From positions 1-64,000 of the IMG/VR virus record IMGVR_UViG_3300029258_005166: a stretch of 64,000 bases of DNA. The stretch is one strand, 5' to 3'. A program made the position numbers and the translations under genes. This stretch comes from a virus. Below the pieces are notes generated by a model that saw only the letters and a list, made by a program, of their open reading frames with translations, was not told where the DNA came from and ran no database searches. This document shows positions 9,159-19,165 of the stretch, one piece after another. Each line of letters opens with the position of its first letter. Position 1 is the first letter of the stretch.

Positions 9159-9923
9159 TTATTTTTTTTCGGTATCACCAACAGTTGTGCCACGCTTCTC
9201 CGCATATTTCTTGGCTGTCGCTCGCAACATACAGTTGCGGGTAATCATATCGGTAGAACAGGTAACTACCCCTCTGGCAAGTTTGTCATCCAATCGGTCC
9301 TCATAGAGAGCGAAATCACCCGAAGCAGCATAGGCGGCACCCATCAGAGTTTCGCTAGCCTCTTCAAACCGCTCCAAGTTCAACAGTGGCATATCAAACT
9401 TCTCGGCCAAAGCAGGCCAAAACCAAGATCCATACAGACATTGAAGCGGAAGAACCTGAACATCCATCGCAGCCAGTTTTTCGGCTTCTTCTTCCCAATT
9501 CAAATCCTGAACATTCTCGGAATAGGTCGGCGGATGAGGTTCAGCATCTCCGATCATGACCAGAATCTTGCCAGGAGCATTGCCCCATCCCAACTGCTGG
9601 GCGATATGTAGAGCTAACTCATAGCACTCAGGAGCATCGCCGCCGCATGTATTGGGGGTCTCACGAATGAACTTAAAAATCTTTTCCTGGTCATCGGTCA
9701 GCGGCAGGAAGTTAATGACATTGTCGCCATCACAGTAATCGCCATGGGCGATCATTCCTACTTTCAGACCTTCGATGTCCTGAAACAGTTGTTCACAGGT
9801 AGACTCGATTTGATTGCGTACCTGTGCTATACAGGGGCTCATGCTTCCAGTAGTATCGAAGCAAAAGGCTACTTCCGTAGCGTCCCCAATCTTCTCTTTA
9901 ATGTCTAGTTTTTTTTCACTCAC
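9159..9923 (-). CDS. vWA domain protein
   Basis: MIDAS FDTTGSM, GGDAPE, VMIGDAEPH. Confidence 0.88.
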   Translation of the reverse strand: MSEKKLDIKEKIGDATEVAFCFDTTGSMSPCIAQVRNQIESTCEQLFQDIEGLKVGMIAHGDYCDGDNVINFLPLTDDQEKIFKFIRETPNTCGGDAPECYELALHIAQQLGWGNAPGKILVMIGDAEPHPPTYSENVQDLNWEEEAEKLAAMDVQVLPLQCLYGSWFWPALAEKFDMPLLNLERFEEASETLMGAAYAASGDFALYEDRLDDKLARGVVTCSTDMITRNCMLRATAKKYAEKRGTTVGDTEKK

Positions 9924-9933
9924 ATCATTCTCC

Positions 9934-10761
9934 TTAGCTGGTTTTACTGGCGGGCCTGTTGTAAGTCACGCCTTCTCCGATCACACGATTGGACGTAGAA
10001 AAGACGGAAGAACAAAGTTCGCCTTCAGGCTTGTAGATGCTGTTGTCGAGATCGGGATTAGCCGCAGTCAAGTCGGCAAGACCACAAGGACCACAAGCAC
10101 CCTGCGTCCCTTCCGCTCCCCTTACGGGCATCCAGTAATCCTCGTTCATGGGACAGAAATTATTGGGATCAACACAACGGGCAGCCATATATCGGGCAAC
10201 TGCTTTCTTGCTTCCTGCCATGCCCCGTTTCGCGGCCTTCTTGCTCTTATTGTCCCATTTGGCAACGTTGCCTGCCTTGAGTTGCATTCCCGTATTGAGG
10301 AGGTGGGCTTGATCGCAACCCATAAAGGTGAAGGTCCAACGCCCGCTCTTCTCACATCCTTCAAACAATTCGGAAATCATTTCAGGACTATATTGACGCG
10401 AAGCGTTTTCTCCACCATCGGAAATGATGATAACCAAATGAGCATAGTCGAGATCATCCTCTTCCGACAAATGCTTGTCAATGACATAGCCGATGGCATC
10501 CCGAAGGGCCGTCAAACCACCCGGCTGGTAAGATTCAACAGTCGCTTCGTTTAACTCTTTGGCAGGCACATTCCAGTGATGCTCAAAGACATTACCATTG
10601 AAGGTCGTCAAGGACACTTCAAGGTCTTGATTCTCGGCATCTTGCCGGAATTGCTGAACATGTTCGTTGTAACCGATCACGGTTTCGTCCCGACCGCTCC
10701 ACATGGACCCGCTCCGGTCGAGAATAAGATCTACACGGGTTTTTGCTTTCTTTTTTGTCAT
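9934..10761 (-). CDS. vWA domain protein
   Basis: ILDRSGSM, TALRDAIG, IISDGGENAS. Confidence 0.88.
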   Translation of the reverse strand: MTKKKAKTRVDLILDRSGSMWSGRDETVIGYNEHVQQFRQDAENQDLEVSLTTFNGNVFEHHWNVPAKELNEATVESYQPGGLTALRDAIGYVIDKHLSEEDDLDYAHLVIIISDGGENASRQYSPEMISELFEGCEKSGRWTFTFMGCDQAHLLNTGMQLKAGNVAKWDNKSKKAAKRGMAGSKKAVARYMAARCVDPNNFCPMNEDYWMPVRGAEGTQGACGPCGLADLTAANPDLDNSIYKPEGELCSSVFSTSNRVIGEGVTYNRPASKTS

Positions 10762-10781
10762 AATATTCTCCATTTGAAAGG

Positions 10782-10808
10782 GCTCTCGCCCGCTTTGCGG
10801 GCGAGAGC
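10782..10808. repeat. Perfect 12-bp hairpin, CCCGC-AAA-GCGGG core on minus strand
   Basis: GCTCTCGCCCGC TTT GCGGGCGAGAGC. Confidence 0.8.
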
Positions 10809-11000
10809 TTTTGGATTACTTTTTCTTTCTGGTGCAACATTGTGGCGAGCCAAAAACCTCACCACATTCAGGACAAAGCACCAACGGTTGGACCCGTGCT
10901 TTATAGGCATTCACATGCCAAGACATAGTGCCACCGGACATTCCTGAATTTCCAATCGACGCAATTCCACTTTTCTGCGGCACAGCGGGCATTTCCCACA

Positions 11001-11927
11001 CTACCTGCCGCCCACCCGAAAAGGGCCAGCACCGACCTCCTGGGCGGCGATGGGTTGTCCCAGAGGGATCTGAAGGATGGGTAGTTTGCCGAGTTTCTTG
11101 GCTTCTTCAAACTCAACCGCGATCTCAGGGTATCGCCTTTTAAGTATGCTGAGAGCATTGGAAGCCAGGGCCATGTCCATTGCTGCATGGGCACGATCAC
11201 GGCCACCCTTTCCAATAATGTCGATACCATTTTGGTATTCGGTGGCGAAGGCGATGAATTGCCGAACCTCATGCGGCACACCTTCCCAAGAACGATCTAG
11301 TTGGTCACAAGTGCCATCAGGTCGGAGAGGCCGTCCACGATAGAGCGGATTCTCGTCGGCATAGTTTTCGGGAAGATCGCCAACAGGATAAACTCGCTTG
11401 CCTTCATAGACAGACCTTCCTTCGTGCCCTATCTTGACCTCTTGCAGCAACTTGATCGTTGCGTCATGGTCAATCATCCGTCCAGAACTATAGATGATGA
11501 ACGGTTCGCCCCGAGATATTTCCAGAAGTCGCTTACCAACCGCAGAAGTCGGTTCTTCAGGATCTAGGGCATGGACAAGCTCTTCAAGAGACATCCTCTT
11601 TGCGGATTTCTTACCAGTGAACTTGGACTTTTCAGGTTCTCCGCTTTCAAGCCTTTGTTCTTTTGCAACCTTTTTAAAAGCCTTGTTGATTGCTTTGGCA
11701 AGAGGCCAAGGTTTTACGGTCCCGTATGGACCAGGATAGTTTGGCAAGCAATTAGCAATGTTCTCGTTTGAGAAGTCTGCCAGAGCGGCGGGACTTGAGC
11801 CACCAATTGCTTTGATACAATCAATGAACTGGTCGATTTGAACGAAGCCAGGATTACCTTCACCGATGGCCTCGTTGTGCTGCTCCAAGACAGAACGGGC
11901 AGCATCAAAGAATTGTTGAACACTCAT
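11001..11927 (-). CDS. Hypothetical protein, first gene of a putative early operon
   Basis: 308-aa ORF, AGGAGG RBS, sigma70 promoter upstream. Confidence 0.8.
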   Translation of the reverse strand: MSVQQFFDAARSVLEQHNEAIGEGNPGFVQIDQFIDCIKAIGGSSPAALADFSNENIANCLPNYPGPYGTVKPWPLAKAINKAFKKVAKEQRLESGEPEKSKFTGKKSAKRMSLEELVHALDPEEPTSAVGKRLLEISRGEPFIIYSSGRMIDHDATIKLLQEVKIGHEGRSVYEGKRVYPVGDLPENYADENPLYRGRPLRPDGTCDQLDRSWEGVPHEVRQFIAFATEYQNGIDIIGKGGRDRAHAAMDMALASNALSILKRRYPEIAVEFEEAKKLGKLPILQIPLGQPIAAQEVGAGPFRVGGR

Positions 11928-12041
11928 GGTGTCCTCCTATTTGTTGTGATAAGCCTGTGGCTTACCGGCCAGTCGCCAGTGGCGATAGAATCACGGCAGA
12001 TTTTGCCAACTTTGACACCGCTCTGCCACGGCGGTTACTGT

Positions 12042-12070
12042 AATATAGTAGCTGGGAATAATTTTGTCAA
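12042..12070 (-). promoter_or_regulatory. Sigma70-type promoter
   Basis: TTGACA-N17-TATATT. Confidence 0.7.
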
Positions 12071-12092
12071 GCTGATTTTTTTCTGATATAAT
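12064..12092 (+). promoter_or_regulatory. Sigma70-type promoter for the recombination operon
   Basis: TTGTCA-N17-TATAAT with TGn extended -10. Confidence 0.65.
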
Positions 12093-12137
12093 GAAATTTC
12101 TCTTCTTTGAAGAGTGGGTTGAAATGATATATACGGT

Positions 12138-12560
12138 ATGCGTACTTTTCAACAATTTGTAGAGCAAGACATGGGAGCCCCTCCTCCTGGCGGATCTCCT
12201 GGTGGTGTCCCGCCTATGGGAGGAGGAGCAATGCCGCCTCCCGGAGGCATGCCGCCTCCCGGTGGACCGATGGGTGGACCGCCGATGGGAGGACCGGGTG
12301 CAGTCCCGGCAGGTCCAGCCCCAACAATAGAACTAAAACCCGCTGATGTTTGGGATGTGCTAGAAAGAATTTTAACTGGCAAGCCGATAGAAAAACCCTC
12401 TGGACAAAAGGGTGCAGATAGTGTAGAATCACCGCAACCTTCAGCACCTTCTCCAGAACTTTCAGCACCTCCTCCAACCGGTATGCCAGCCGTACCTCCA
12501 CCGGGTCCTGGCGTAGCTGGTTTTGCACCCCAGCCGTTACTAGGTGGACCACCGATGTAA
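12138..12560 (+). CDS. Pro/Gly/Met-rich protein with CTS-like N-terminus (MRTFQQFVE)
   Basis: Low-complexity PPPGGM repeats; ATATATA 4 nt before ATG. Confidence 0.75.
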   Translation: MRTFQQFVEQDMGAPPPGGSPGGVPPMGGGAMPPPGGMPPPGGPMGGPPMGGPGAVPAGPAPTIELKPADVWDVLERILTGKPIEKPSGQKGADSVESPQPSAPSPELSAPPPTGMPAVPPPGPGVAGFAPQPLLGGPPM

Positions 12561-12575
12561 TTTGGCTAGGGGTTA

Positions 12576-13706
12576 TTGATGAAAATTCTATTCTTTGCGG
12601 ACTTGCATGTCCATCCACACAAACGATCTCAAGAGCGTCTTGAAGATTGTATTAAAGCTCTTCGCTGGGTTTTTTTGTTGGCCTCTAAAAGACATATACA
12701 AGATATTGTCTTTTTGGGCGATCTTTTTCACGACCGGCAAAAGATCGATGTTCTAACTTACCAGAAGACTTTTGAAGTTTTCGAAGAGCATCAGGCAAAT
12801 CCTTATAATGCAGAGTCTCCTGCATTTCGGATTTTTCTTCTATTGGGAAATCACGATATGTGGCATTTGGAAAAATGGGATATTAGCAGTGTCAATCCTT
12901 TGCGTTCAATGCCGGGAGTCACAGTAATTGATAAACCTTGTGCCATCGATCTCGGAAATTGTCCCATCTGTTTCCTTCCCTATACCGCCAATCCCATTGA
13001 GGACATGGAAATCGTAGAAAAAGCTTACGACAAATGGGTTGATGAAAAGGGATGCAAGCCTCTCCGCAAAATTCTGTGTGGTCACGTTGCTGTCGATGGT
13101 GCCTTATGGAATACAATGCATCAGACTTTTTCCGAAGTTACCATCGAACACGATGGCGAAATGCAAGTTGTTAATCCCAGCATTTTTAAAGATTGGGATC
13201 GTGTCTTCCTCGGTCATTATCATGCCGCCCAGGAACTCTCCTATAACGTCGAGTATATTGGTTCGCCACTTCAGCTTAGTTTTGGTGAGGCTTTTCAAGA
13301 AAAACATGTCTTGATCTATGATACACAAACTGGCGAAAGAGAATATGTCAAAAATACCTTTAGTCCGCAGCATTTTATAATCCCCGAGAAAGATCTCAAT
13401 AAATATGAACTTGAAGGCAACTTCATTCGTGTAATGGTGGACGACATCGCCTGCGGCGATGTCGTCCAACTTAGAAAAACTCTTGTAGAAGAAAAAGTTG
13501 GCAGTTTAGAAATTAAGCCAATTCCCCGAAAAGACGATGATACGGTCAAGGATGCTGCGGAAATTTTGCTTAGAGAAGATGAAATGTTGAAAAGCTACAT
13601 CGAGCAACAAGAAAAAGTCGGAAATTTGGAAGGTTTGGACAAAGACAAATTGCTAAAAATCGGAAAGCAGATTTGTGAAGCTGTTACTAGTGAGGATGAC
13701 GAGTGA
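12576..13706 (+). CDS. Mre11/SbcD-like recombination nuclease (T4 gp47-like)
   Basis: ADLH, LGDLFH, LGNHD, LGHYH, YIGSP metallophosphoesterase motifs. Confidence 0.92.
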   Translation: MMKILFFADLHVHPHKRSQERLEDCIKALRWVFLLASKRHIQDIVFLGDLFHDRQKIDVLTYQKTFEVFEEHQANPYNAESPAFRIFLLLGNHDMWHLEKWDISSVNPLRSMPGVTVIDKPCAIDLGNCPICFLPYTANPIEDMEIVEKAYDKWVDEKGCKPLRKILCGHVAVDGALWNTMHQTFSEVTIEHDGEMQVVNPSIFKDWDRVFLGHYHAAQELSYNVEYIGSPLQLSFGEAFQEKHVLIYDTQTGEREYVKNTFSPQHFIIPEKDLNKYELEGNFIRVMVDDIACGDVVQLRKTLVEEKVGSLEIKPIPRKDDDTVKDAAEILLREDEMLKSYIEQQEKVGNLEGLDKDKLLKIGKQICEAVTSEDDE

Positions 13707-15739
13707 AAAAGCACAATTTCACATATATGGCAGCCCAGAATTTCTTGTGCTTTGGGCCTGACGGAATCGAGATCAATTTTATTGAATACGGCAATATCGT
13801 TGTCGTTTTGGGAGTAAATCTGGATAATTTGGTCTTAGAAGGCAGCAAGCTAACTTCTTCCAACGGCAGCGGAAAAAGCAGTTTGGCCGAAATTCTTGTT
13901 TACACTTTGTATGGGCGAACAATTCGACAACCCAAAAAGCTCACCCACAATAATCTTATCAACAACAAGGTGGGGAAAAAGCTCCGTACCGAGGTTCGTT
14001 GGGGCGACTACCGAGTCGTTCGCACCAGAGAGCCGACCACTCTGAAAGTATGGAAGAGTTCGGGCGGCGATTGGTCCAAATTGGGTGACAAGAAGTGGGA
14101 AAAGAAGCATGAGATCTCTAGAGGTAAAGGAAAGATCCCGACCCAAAAAATGTTGGAAAACATCTTGGGATTAACCTATCGAGCCTTTGTCAACGTCGCC
14201 ATTTTCACCGACAACAAGTTGGGATGTTTTCTTGAATGCGATGCCGCCGAAAAGAGAGAGATCGTGGAGAATCTTTTTTCGGTTGACAAATACAAATTGT
14301 ATGCAAAGCAAGCCAATGACAGAAGGAATGATTGTAAAAGGCTTATCAAGGATCTGACAAATCAATACGATGGTTTACTTGACCAATTGGCGAATTGTAA
14401 GAAGCGAGAGAAACAAATTGAGGGAGAAGAATCCGACTGGATAGCCGAAAAAAAATCCGAAATAGTCTCACTATTAAAGGAACTTAAGGCTGCTAAGGAA
14501 AAATTAGAATCATCCAACGAAGGAGAACTTATTTCCCGTTATCAAGAAGCTCAACAACGAATCAGGACTTTGGCAGAGGAAATTCCCGATCTGGAGGGGA
14601 AAAAGGCGAACCTTCAAGAAGTTTCTACGATGGCTCAGAAGAAATTGGATGAGAGTCGTAATAGCCGACACCAAACGTCTATCGACCTACAAAACAATGA
14701 AAACAACCGCAGCGAATGCCAAACAGAGATCAAGAAAAGAACTCTTAAAATTGAAAATATTGAGTCGGGGAAGGGAACGCGGTGCAATAATTGTTTTGCA
14801 ATTGTTGCCGAAGAAAATTACGGCCAGTTCGTGCAGGCATTAAAGAACGAAATTACTCACTATCAATCCAAATCTGTTGGTTTGGAAAAGGATACCCACA
14901 ACATTACGAAGAAACTGAAATCCTTTGATGCGGGAATTGAGAAATTGGAAGCGGCCTTAACAATAGCTCGCCAGAAGATGTCCGAGGTATCCAATAAGAT
15001 AACCTCACGTCACGAAGAATTGGCAAGGTTGAAACGCATCGAAAAGCCCGAGATTGATTTACATCATGCCGTACTCCAAGAACAAATTGACAATCTTCAA
15101 GAACGCATTCGGGCCAAAGACAAAGAACTAGAAGGCGATACTCCTTATATCAAGATTAAAGAAACAGCCAAACAAGAAACCATACTAAAACAAAATGACT
15201 GCGATAATAAGAAGATCGAATTGGAATTGGCTGAAAAGGATCTTCCCTATTACGAATTTTATGTGACTGCATTTGGAGAAAGGGGTATTAGAAGATTCGT
15301 TATCAATGGAATTATTCCTGCCCTGAATAGCAAAATCGCTCATTGGATGGAGGTTTTGATTGATGGAAAAGTCAAACTAACTTTCGACGACGAATTGGAC
15401 GAAACCATTGAAAGAAACCCAGCGGATGGTGAACCATATGTCTACCCTCAAATGTCGGGAGGAGAGAAACAACAACTCAATCTGGCTCTCTCTCAAGGCT
15501 TTGCACACGTCATGGTCCTAAGTAGTGGTTCTTGTCCCTCACTTATTTTTCTTGATGAGGTAGCAACCAATATCGATCAACGAGGAGTGGTTGCAATCTA
15601 TAATATGATTCTTGAATTGGCAAAGGATCGACAAGTTTTTGTAACTACTCATGATCGAGATCTTCTCGAAATGTTGAATGGTTGTGAGAAAATTTTGCTT
15701 GAAAAGAAAGATGGTTTCACAACCATTGTTGATCGTTGA
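13703..15739 (+). CDS. Rad50/SbcC-like ATPase (T4 gp46-like)
   Basis: NGSGKSS Walker A, CNNC hook, MSGGEKQ signature, FLDE Walker B, TTH. Confidence 0.93.
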   Translation: MKKHNFTYMAAQNFLCFGPDGIEINFIEYGNIVVVLGVNLDNLVLEGSKLTSSNGSGKSSLAEILVYTLYGRTIRQPKKLTHNNLINNKVGKKLRTEVRWGDYRVVRTREPTTLKVWKSSGGDWSKLGDKKWEKKHEISRGKGKIPTQKMLENILGLTYRAFVNVAIFTDNKLGCFLECDAAEKREIVENLFSVDKYKLYAKQANDRRNDCKRLIKDLTNQYDGLLDQLANCKKREKQIEGEESDWIAEKKSEIVSLLKELKAAKEKLESSNEGELISRYQEAQQRIRTLAEEIPDLEGKKANLQEVSTMAQKKLDESRNSRHQTSIDLQNNENNRSECQTEIKKRTLKIENIESGKGTRCNNCFAIVAEENYGQFVQALKNEITHYQSKSVGLEKDTHNITKKLKSFDAGIEKLEAALTIARQKMSEVSNKITSRHEELARLKRIEKPEIDLHHAVLQEQIDNLQERIRAKDKELEGDTPYIKIKETAKQETILKQNDCDNKKIELELAEKDLPYYEFYVTAFGERGIRRFVINGIIPALNSKIAHWMEVLIDGKVKLTFDDELDETIERNPADGEPYVYPQMSGGEKQQLNLALSQGFAHVMVLSSGSCPSLIFLDEVATNIDQRGVVAIYNMILELAKDRQVFVTTHDRDLLEMLNGCEKILLEKKDGFTTIVDR

Positions 15740-15844
15740 GAATTATTATCTAGATAATAGAAAAAACGCTCTCAAAATTGGAAATGTTACACTTAAATAC
15801 GCTTCAGTTAATGAGCAAATTGGATACTGTTAGGAAGGAAAGAG

Positions 15845-18082
15845 ATGTCTATAAAAGCATTGCAAGAATACACCTATTGTTCGAAATACGCACGTTACAA
15901 TAAAGAGGCAGGACGGAGAGAAACGTGGAATGAAGCAGTTGACCGAGTGAAAGAAATGCATCTTCGGCGGTATCCCGATATAACCGAAGACATTGAATGG
16001 GCTTTCGATTTAGTCAAACAGAAACGAGTTCTCGGATCGCAGAGAGCCCTTCAATTTGGTGGCGAGCCTATCGAGAAGAAACATGCTAGGCTTTATAATT
16101 GCGTTAGTTCGTATTGCGACCGCATGAGATTTTTTCAAGAGTGTTTTTGGCTTTTGTTGTGTGGTTGTGGAACGGGGTTTAGTGTTCAGAAACATCACAT
16201 CGCCAAATTGCCTCGTTTTTTCAAAGCGAGAGAAGCAAAGCAAAAAGTTTTTGTCATCCCCGATACTATCGAGGGATGGGCAGATAGCTTGGGTATTCTC
16301 TTAGCCACCTATCTGCCACATCCTGAATTTAAGGATTGGAAAGACTACGATGTCATTTTCGATTATTCTCAAATACGACCCGCTGGGTCGTTTTTGTCGT
16401 CTGGGGCGGGAAAAGCTCCTGGACACGAACCTCTTCAAACGGCTCTGGAACAAATCCGAGGACTATTGAATCGTTGCTATGAGGATGGTCAGGCTAGATT
16501 GCGTCCCATAGATGCTTACGATATCGTTATGCATACCAGCGATGCGGTTCTGTCGGGTGGTGTCCGACGTAGTGCCACAATCTGTATTTTTTCTCCTGAT
16601 GATAAAGAAATGAGAACCGCTAAGATTGGCAATTGGCGAGATGTCAATCCCCAGCGAGGCAGGTCAAATAACTCGGTGCTTCTTCTCAGAAATGAAACTA
16701 CCAAAGAGGAATTTCTTGATCTGCTTGAATGTGTCAAGGAATATGGAGAGCCGGGCTTTCTTTGGAGTGATAATAATGAAGCCCTTTTTAATCCTTGCGG
16801 AGAAATTTCATTTATTGCCTACGACAAGAATGGCAATTCAGGCTGGTGTTTTTGTAATCTCTGTGAGATCAATGGTAAAAAAATAAAGTGCAAAGAGGAT
16901 TTTGCTTTGGCGGCTAGAGCCGCCGCGATTATAGGCACCATCCAGGCAGGTTATACCGATTTCGATTATCTCGGCCCCATAACCAAAGAAATCGTTGAAA
17001 GAGAAGCCCTTTTGGGCGTGAGTATTACAGGAATGATGGACAATCCCGACGTTCTTTTCCATGCCAAAACTCAAAAAGAGATGGCTAAGTTGGTTTTAAA
17101 AGTCAATGATTGGATGGCGAAGAAAATCGGGATCAATCCCTGTGCCCGTGCGACGTGTGTTAAGCCTGCGGGAACCTCTAGTTGTGTTCTCGGCAGTGCT
17201 AGCGGCATTCATCCGCACCATGCAAAAAGATACTTTCGCCGCGTTCAGGCCAACACTCTGGAACCTGTTTTTCAATTTTTCAAGAAACACAATCCTCTAG
17301 CTAGTGAAAAGTGTGTTTGGAGTGCAAACCAAACGGACGAGGTTATTACATTCCCTATCGAGGTGCCCGCAGGAGCTAAAACAAAAAACGATTTGTCGGC
17401 GGTTGAGTTCCTTAATCATGTGAAGACAACACAAAATAACTGGGTTGCTGCTGGACGGCGAGAGGATCTTTGCGTAGAGCCATGGTTACGACATAATGTT
17501 TCAAATACAATCCAGGTAAATCCCGACGAATGGAAAAAAGTGGGTGATTATATTTTCAAGAACCGACAGTATTTTGCTGGCATAACCCTATTGCCCGCCT
17601 CGGGAGATTTGGATTATCCTCAAGCACCAATGGTAAATATTCTGACTCCGCGTGAAATCCTGCAAAGATATGGCGACGGATCTCTTTTGGCCAGCGGTTT
17701 GGTGGTTGATGGCATTCATGCTTTTGACGATTTGTGGGTTGGTTGTGATGTTGTTTTGGGCAATAGTGCCATCTCGGAAGAACCGAAGCGACCGAATGGA
17801 CATTCTACAATGGAAGATCATCGTCAATGGGAAGAGGATTATCGCAAATGGGAGATGCAAACCGATTGGGTTCGTCGAGTCAAGCAGTTTGCCCAAAGGT
17901 ATTGCAATGATGTAAGGCAATGTACCTATCTTATGAAGCATGTTCACTGTTGGAAGTTATGGTTGGATTTATCAAGGGAATATGTTGATATCGACTACAC
18001 TGAGTTCAAGGAAGAAGAGGATGTTACAAAACCTTTGGAATTGGTCGCCTGTGCAGGTGGTCAATGTGAATTGGCTCTTTAA
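15845..18082 (+). CDS. nrdJ: Class II (adenosylcobalamin) ribonucleotide reductase, RTPR-type
   Basis: GGVRRSA, NPCGEI, CNLCEIN, TCVKPAGT, C-terminal CAGGQC. Confidence 0.88.
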   Translation: MSIKALQEYTYCSKYARYNKEAGRRETWNEAVDRVKEMHLRRYPDITEDIEWAFDLVKQKRVLGSQRALQFGGEPIEKKHARLYNCVSSYCDRMRFFQECFWLLLCGCGTGFSVQKHHIAKLPRFFKAREAKQKVFVIPDTIEGWADSLGILLATYLPHPEFKDWKDYDVIFDYSQIRPAGSFLSSGAGKAPGHEPLQTALEQIRGLLNRCYEDGQARLRPIDAYDIVMHTSDAVLSGGVRRSATICIFSPDDKEMRTAKIGNWRDVNPQRGRSNNSVLLLRNETTKEEFLDLLECVKEYGEPGFLWSDNNEALFNPCGEISFIAYDKNGNSGWCFCNLCEINGKKIKCKEDFALAARAAAIIGTIQAGYTDFDYLGPITKEIVEREALLGVSITGMMDNPDVLFHAKTQKEMAKLVLKVNDWMAKKIGINPCARATCVKPAGTSSCVLGSASGIHPHHAKRYFRRVQANTLEPVFQFFKKHNPLASEKCVWSANQTDEVITFPIEVPAGAKTKNDLSAVEFLNHVKTTQNNWVAAGRREDLCVEPWLRHNVSNTIQVNPDEWKKVGDYIFKNRQYFAGITLLPASGDLDYPQAPMVNILTPREILQRYGDGSLLASGLVVDGIHAFDDLWVGCDVVLGNSAISEEPKRPNGHSTMEDHRQWEEDYRKWEMQTDWVRRVKQFAQRYCNDVRQCTYLMKHVHCWKLWLDLSREYVDIDYTEFKEEEDVTKPLELVACAGGQCELAL

Positions 18083-18456
18083 TGGCTAAACATAAAAAAT
18101 CCGATTTATGTCCCCTCTGTGGTCAATATATGGATGTGTATTGTACTGGCCACAAAAGGGTGCCTTTTGTTGATGGCCAATGTTATGACAAAATGTGTTT
18201 TGTCTGTTATAATGTGCCTAAAACAGAAAAACAGGTCTATGATGAAAATGGTTTGATCGAAGAAGTAATCGATTTGCCTTTCTGTCATAAACATTTACAC
18301 ACGGCAAAAGAATTGTATGACTTCGGTACAGCAGATACAAAGAGTCAAGCTATGAAATCAGTTAGTGGAGTGCGAGCAGCAATTCGAAAAGCGAAATTGC
18401 CAAGAAAGCCGAAGCCCCTTAAGAAACCAAAAGATCCTGGAATCGAATTGTTGTAA
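18082..18456 (+). CDS. Cys-rich putative zinc-binding protein
   Basis: CPLC, CFVC; TAATG coupling to RNR. Confidence 0.65.
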   Translation: MAKHKKSDLCPLCGQYMDVYCTGHKRVPFVDGQCYDKMCFVCYNVPKTEKQVYDENGLIEEVIDLPFCHKHLHTAKELYDFGTADTKSQAMKSVSGVRAAIRKAKLPRKPKPLKKPKDPGIELL

Positions 18457-18479
18457 ATACGAAGTATCCACAATGGCAT
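18450..18479. repeat. Dispersed 30-nt repeat, copy 1
   Basis: GTTGTAAATACGAAGTATCCACAATGGCAT; 27/30 identical to 46742-46771. Confidence 0.8.
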
Positions 18480-18487
18480 GTTTAAGG

Positions 18488-18522
18488 AAAAAATCCCTCC
18501 CGCAAAGCGGGAGGGATTTTTT
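18488..18522. terminator. Bidirectional intrinsic terminator, CCCGC-AAA-GCGGG core
   Basis: AAAAAATCCCTCCCGC AAA GCGGGAGGGATTTTTT. Confidence 0.85.
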
Positions 18523-18564
18523 TATTCTACTCTACATAAAATAGGCAACTAGCATAGGACAATT

Positions 18565-19146
18565 ATGAAATTTGAATTTAAGGACTTTCTGCTAAACGAA
18601 GATAAGGCATACCTCGGACAGAGGGTGGGCAACATCCTGAGTGCCATTCAGGATCTAGTTCAAAACAGCAAAGGCATGGGAACACGACAACTGGTCCGCA
18701 ATTCCGAGACTATTGTAAATCAGATACGACGCATTTTACATACACACTGGCCTCAAGAGCATGAGGAGACCCTAAAAGGGCTCCAAAAGGCCGCTGTGGC
18801 AATTTCTAAGGCCATAGAAGACAAGGACGATCTAGAAGGTATCCTTCAGAGTAGTGCCCAAGAGGTTCAAGGCTTAATGGGAGACATGGATGTGCCGATC
18901 AACCAACTCGGAGGGGCCCCAGATCAAGAGCAACCCCAAGAACCTGCCGAACCCACTGCGGAGCCTCAAGGAGAGATGCCACCAACAGCCCCAGGGGCCG
19001 CTCCAGCGGCTCCAGCGGCCCCGATGGCCCCTGGAATGGCTCCTGCACCTCCAATGGCACCAGCGGCCCCTGGCGGGCCTGTAGGGCCTCCTGGGATACC
19101 TCCTACGATGCCTGGAATGCCTGGAATAATGCCTGGAATGATGTAA
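18565..19146 (+). CDS. Helical protein with CTS-like N-terminus (MKFEFKDFLLNE) and Pro/Ala/Met tail
   Basis: CTACATA at 18532-18538; MPG repeats at C-terminus. Confidence 0.8.
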   Translation: MKFEFKDFLLNEDKAYLGQRVGNILSAIQDLVQNSKGMGTRQLVRNSETIVNQIRRILHTHWPQEHEETLKGLQKAAVAISKAIEDKDDLEGILQSSAQEVQGLMGDMDVPINQLGGAPDQEQPQEPAEPTAEPQGEMPPTAPGAAPAAPAAPMAPGMAPAPPMAPAAPGGPVGPPGIPPTMPGMPGIMPGMM

Positions 19147-19165
19147 CTCGTACTATCTTAATAAT

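Noticed and set aside
12091-12162. Mini-ORF MKFLFFEEWVE as a twelfth tagged protein
   Set aside because: Its ATG overlaps the -10 box of a promoter, it has no RBS and it is only 23 aa; probably coincidental.
18464-18472. DnaA box or replication origin
   Set aside because: A single 8/9 match that is not kept in the second copy of the repeat, with no box cluster.
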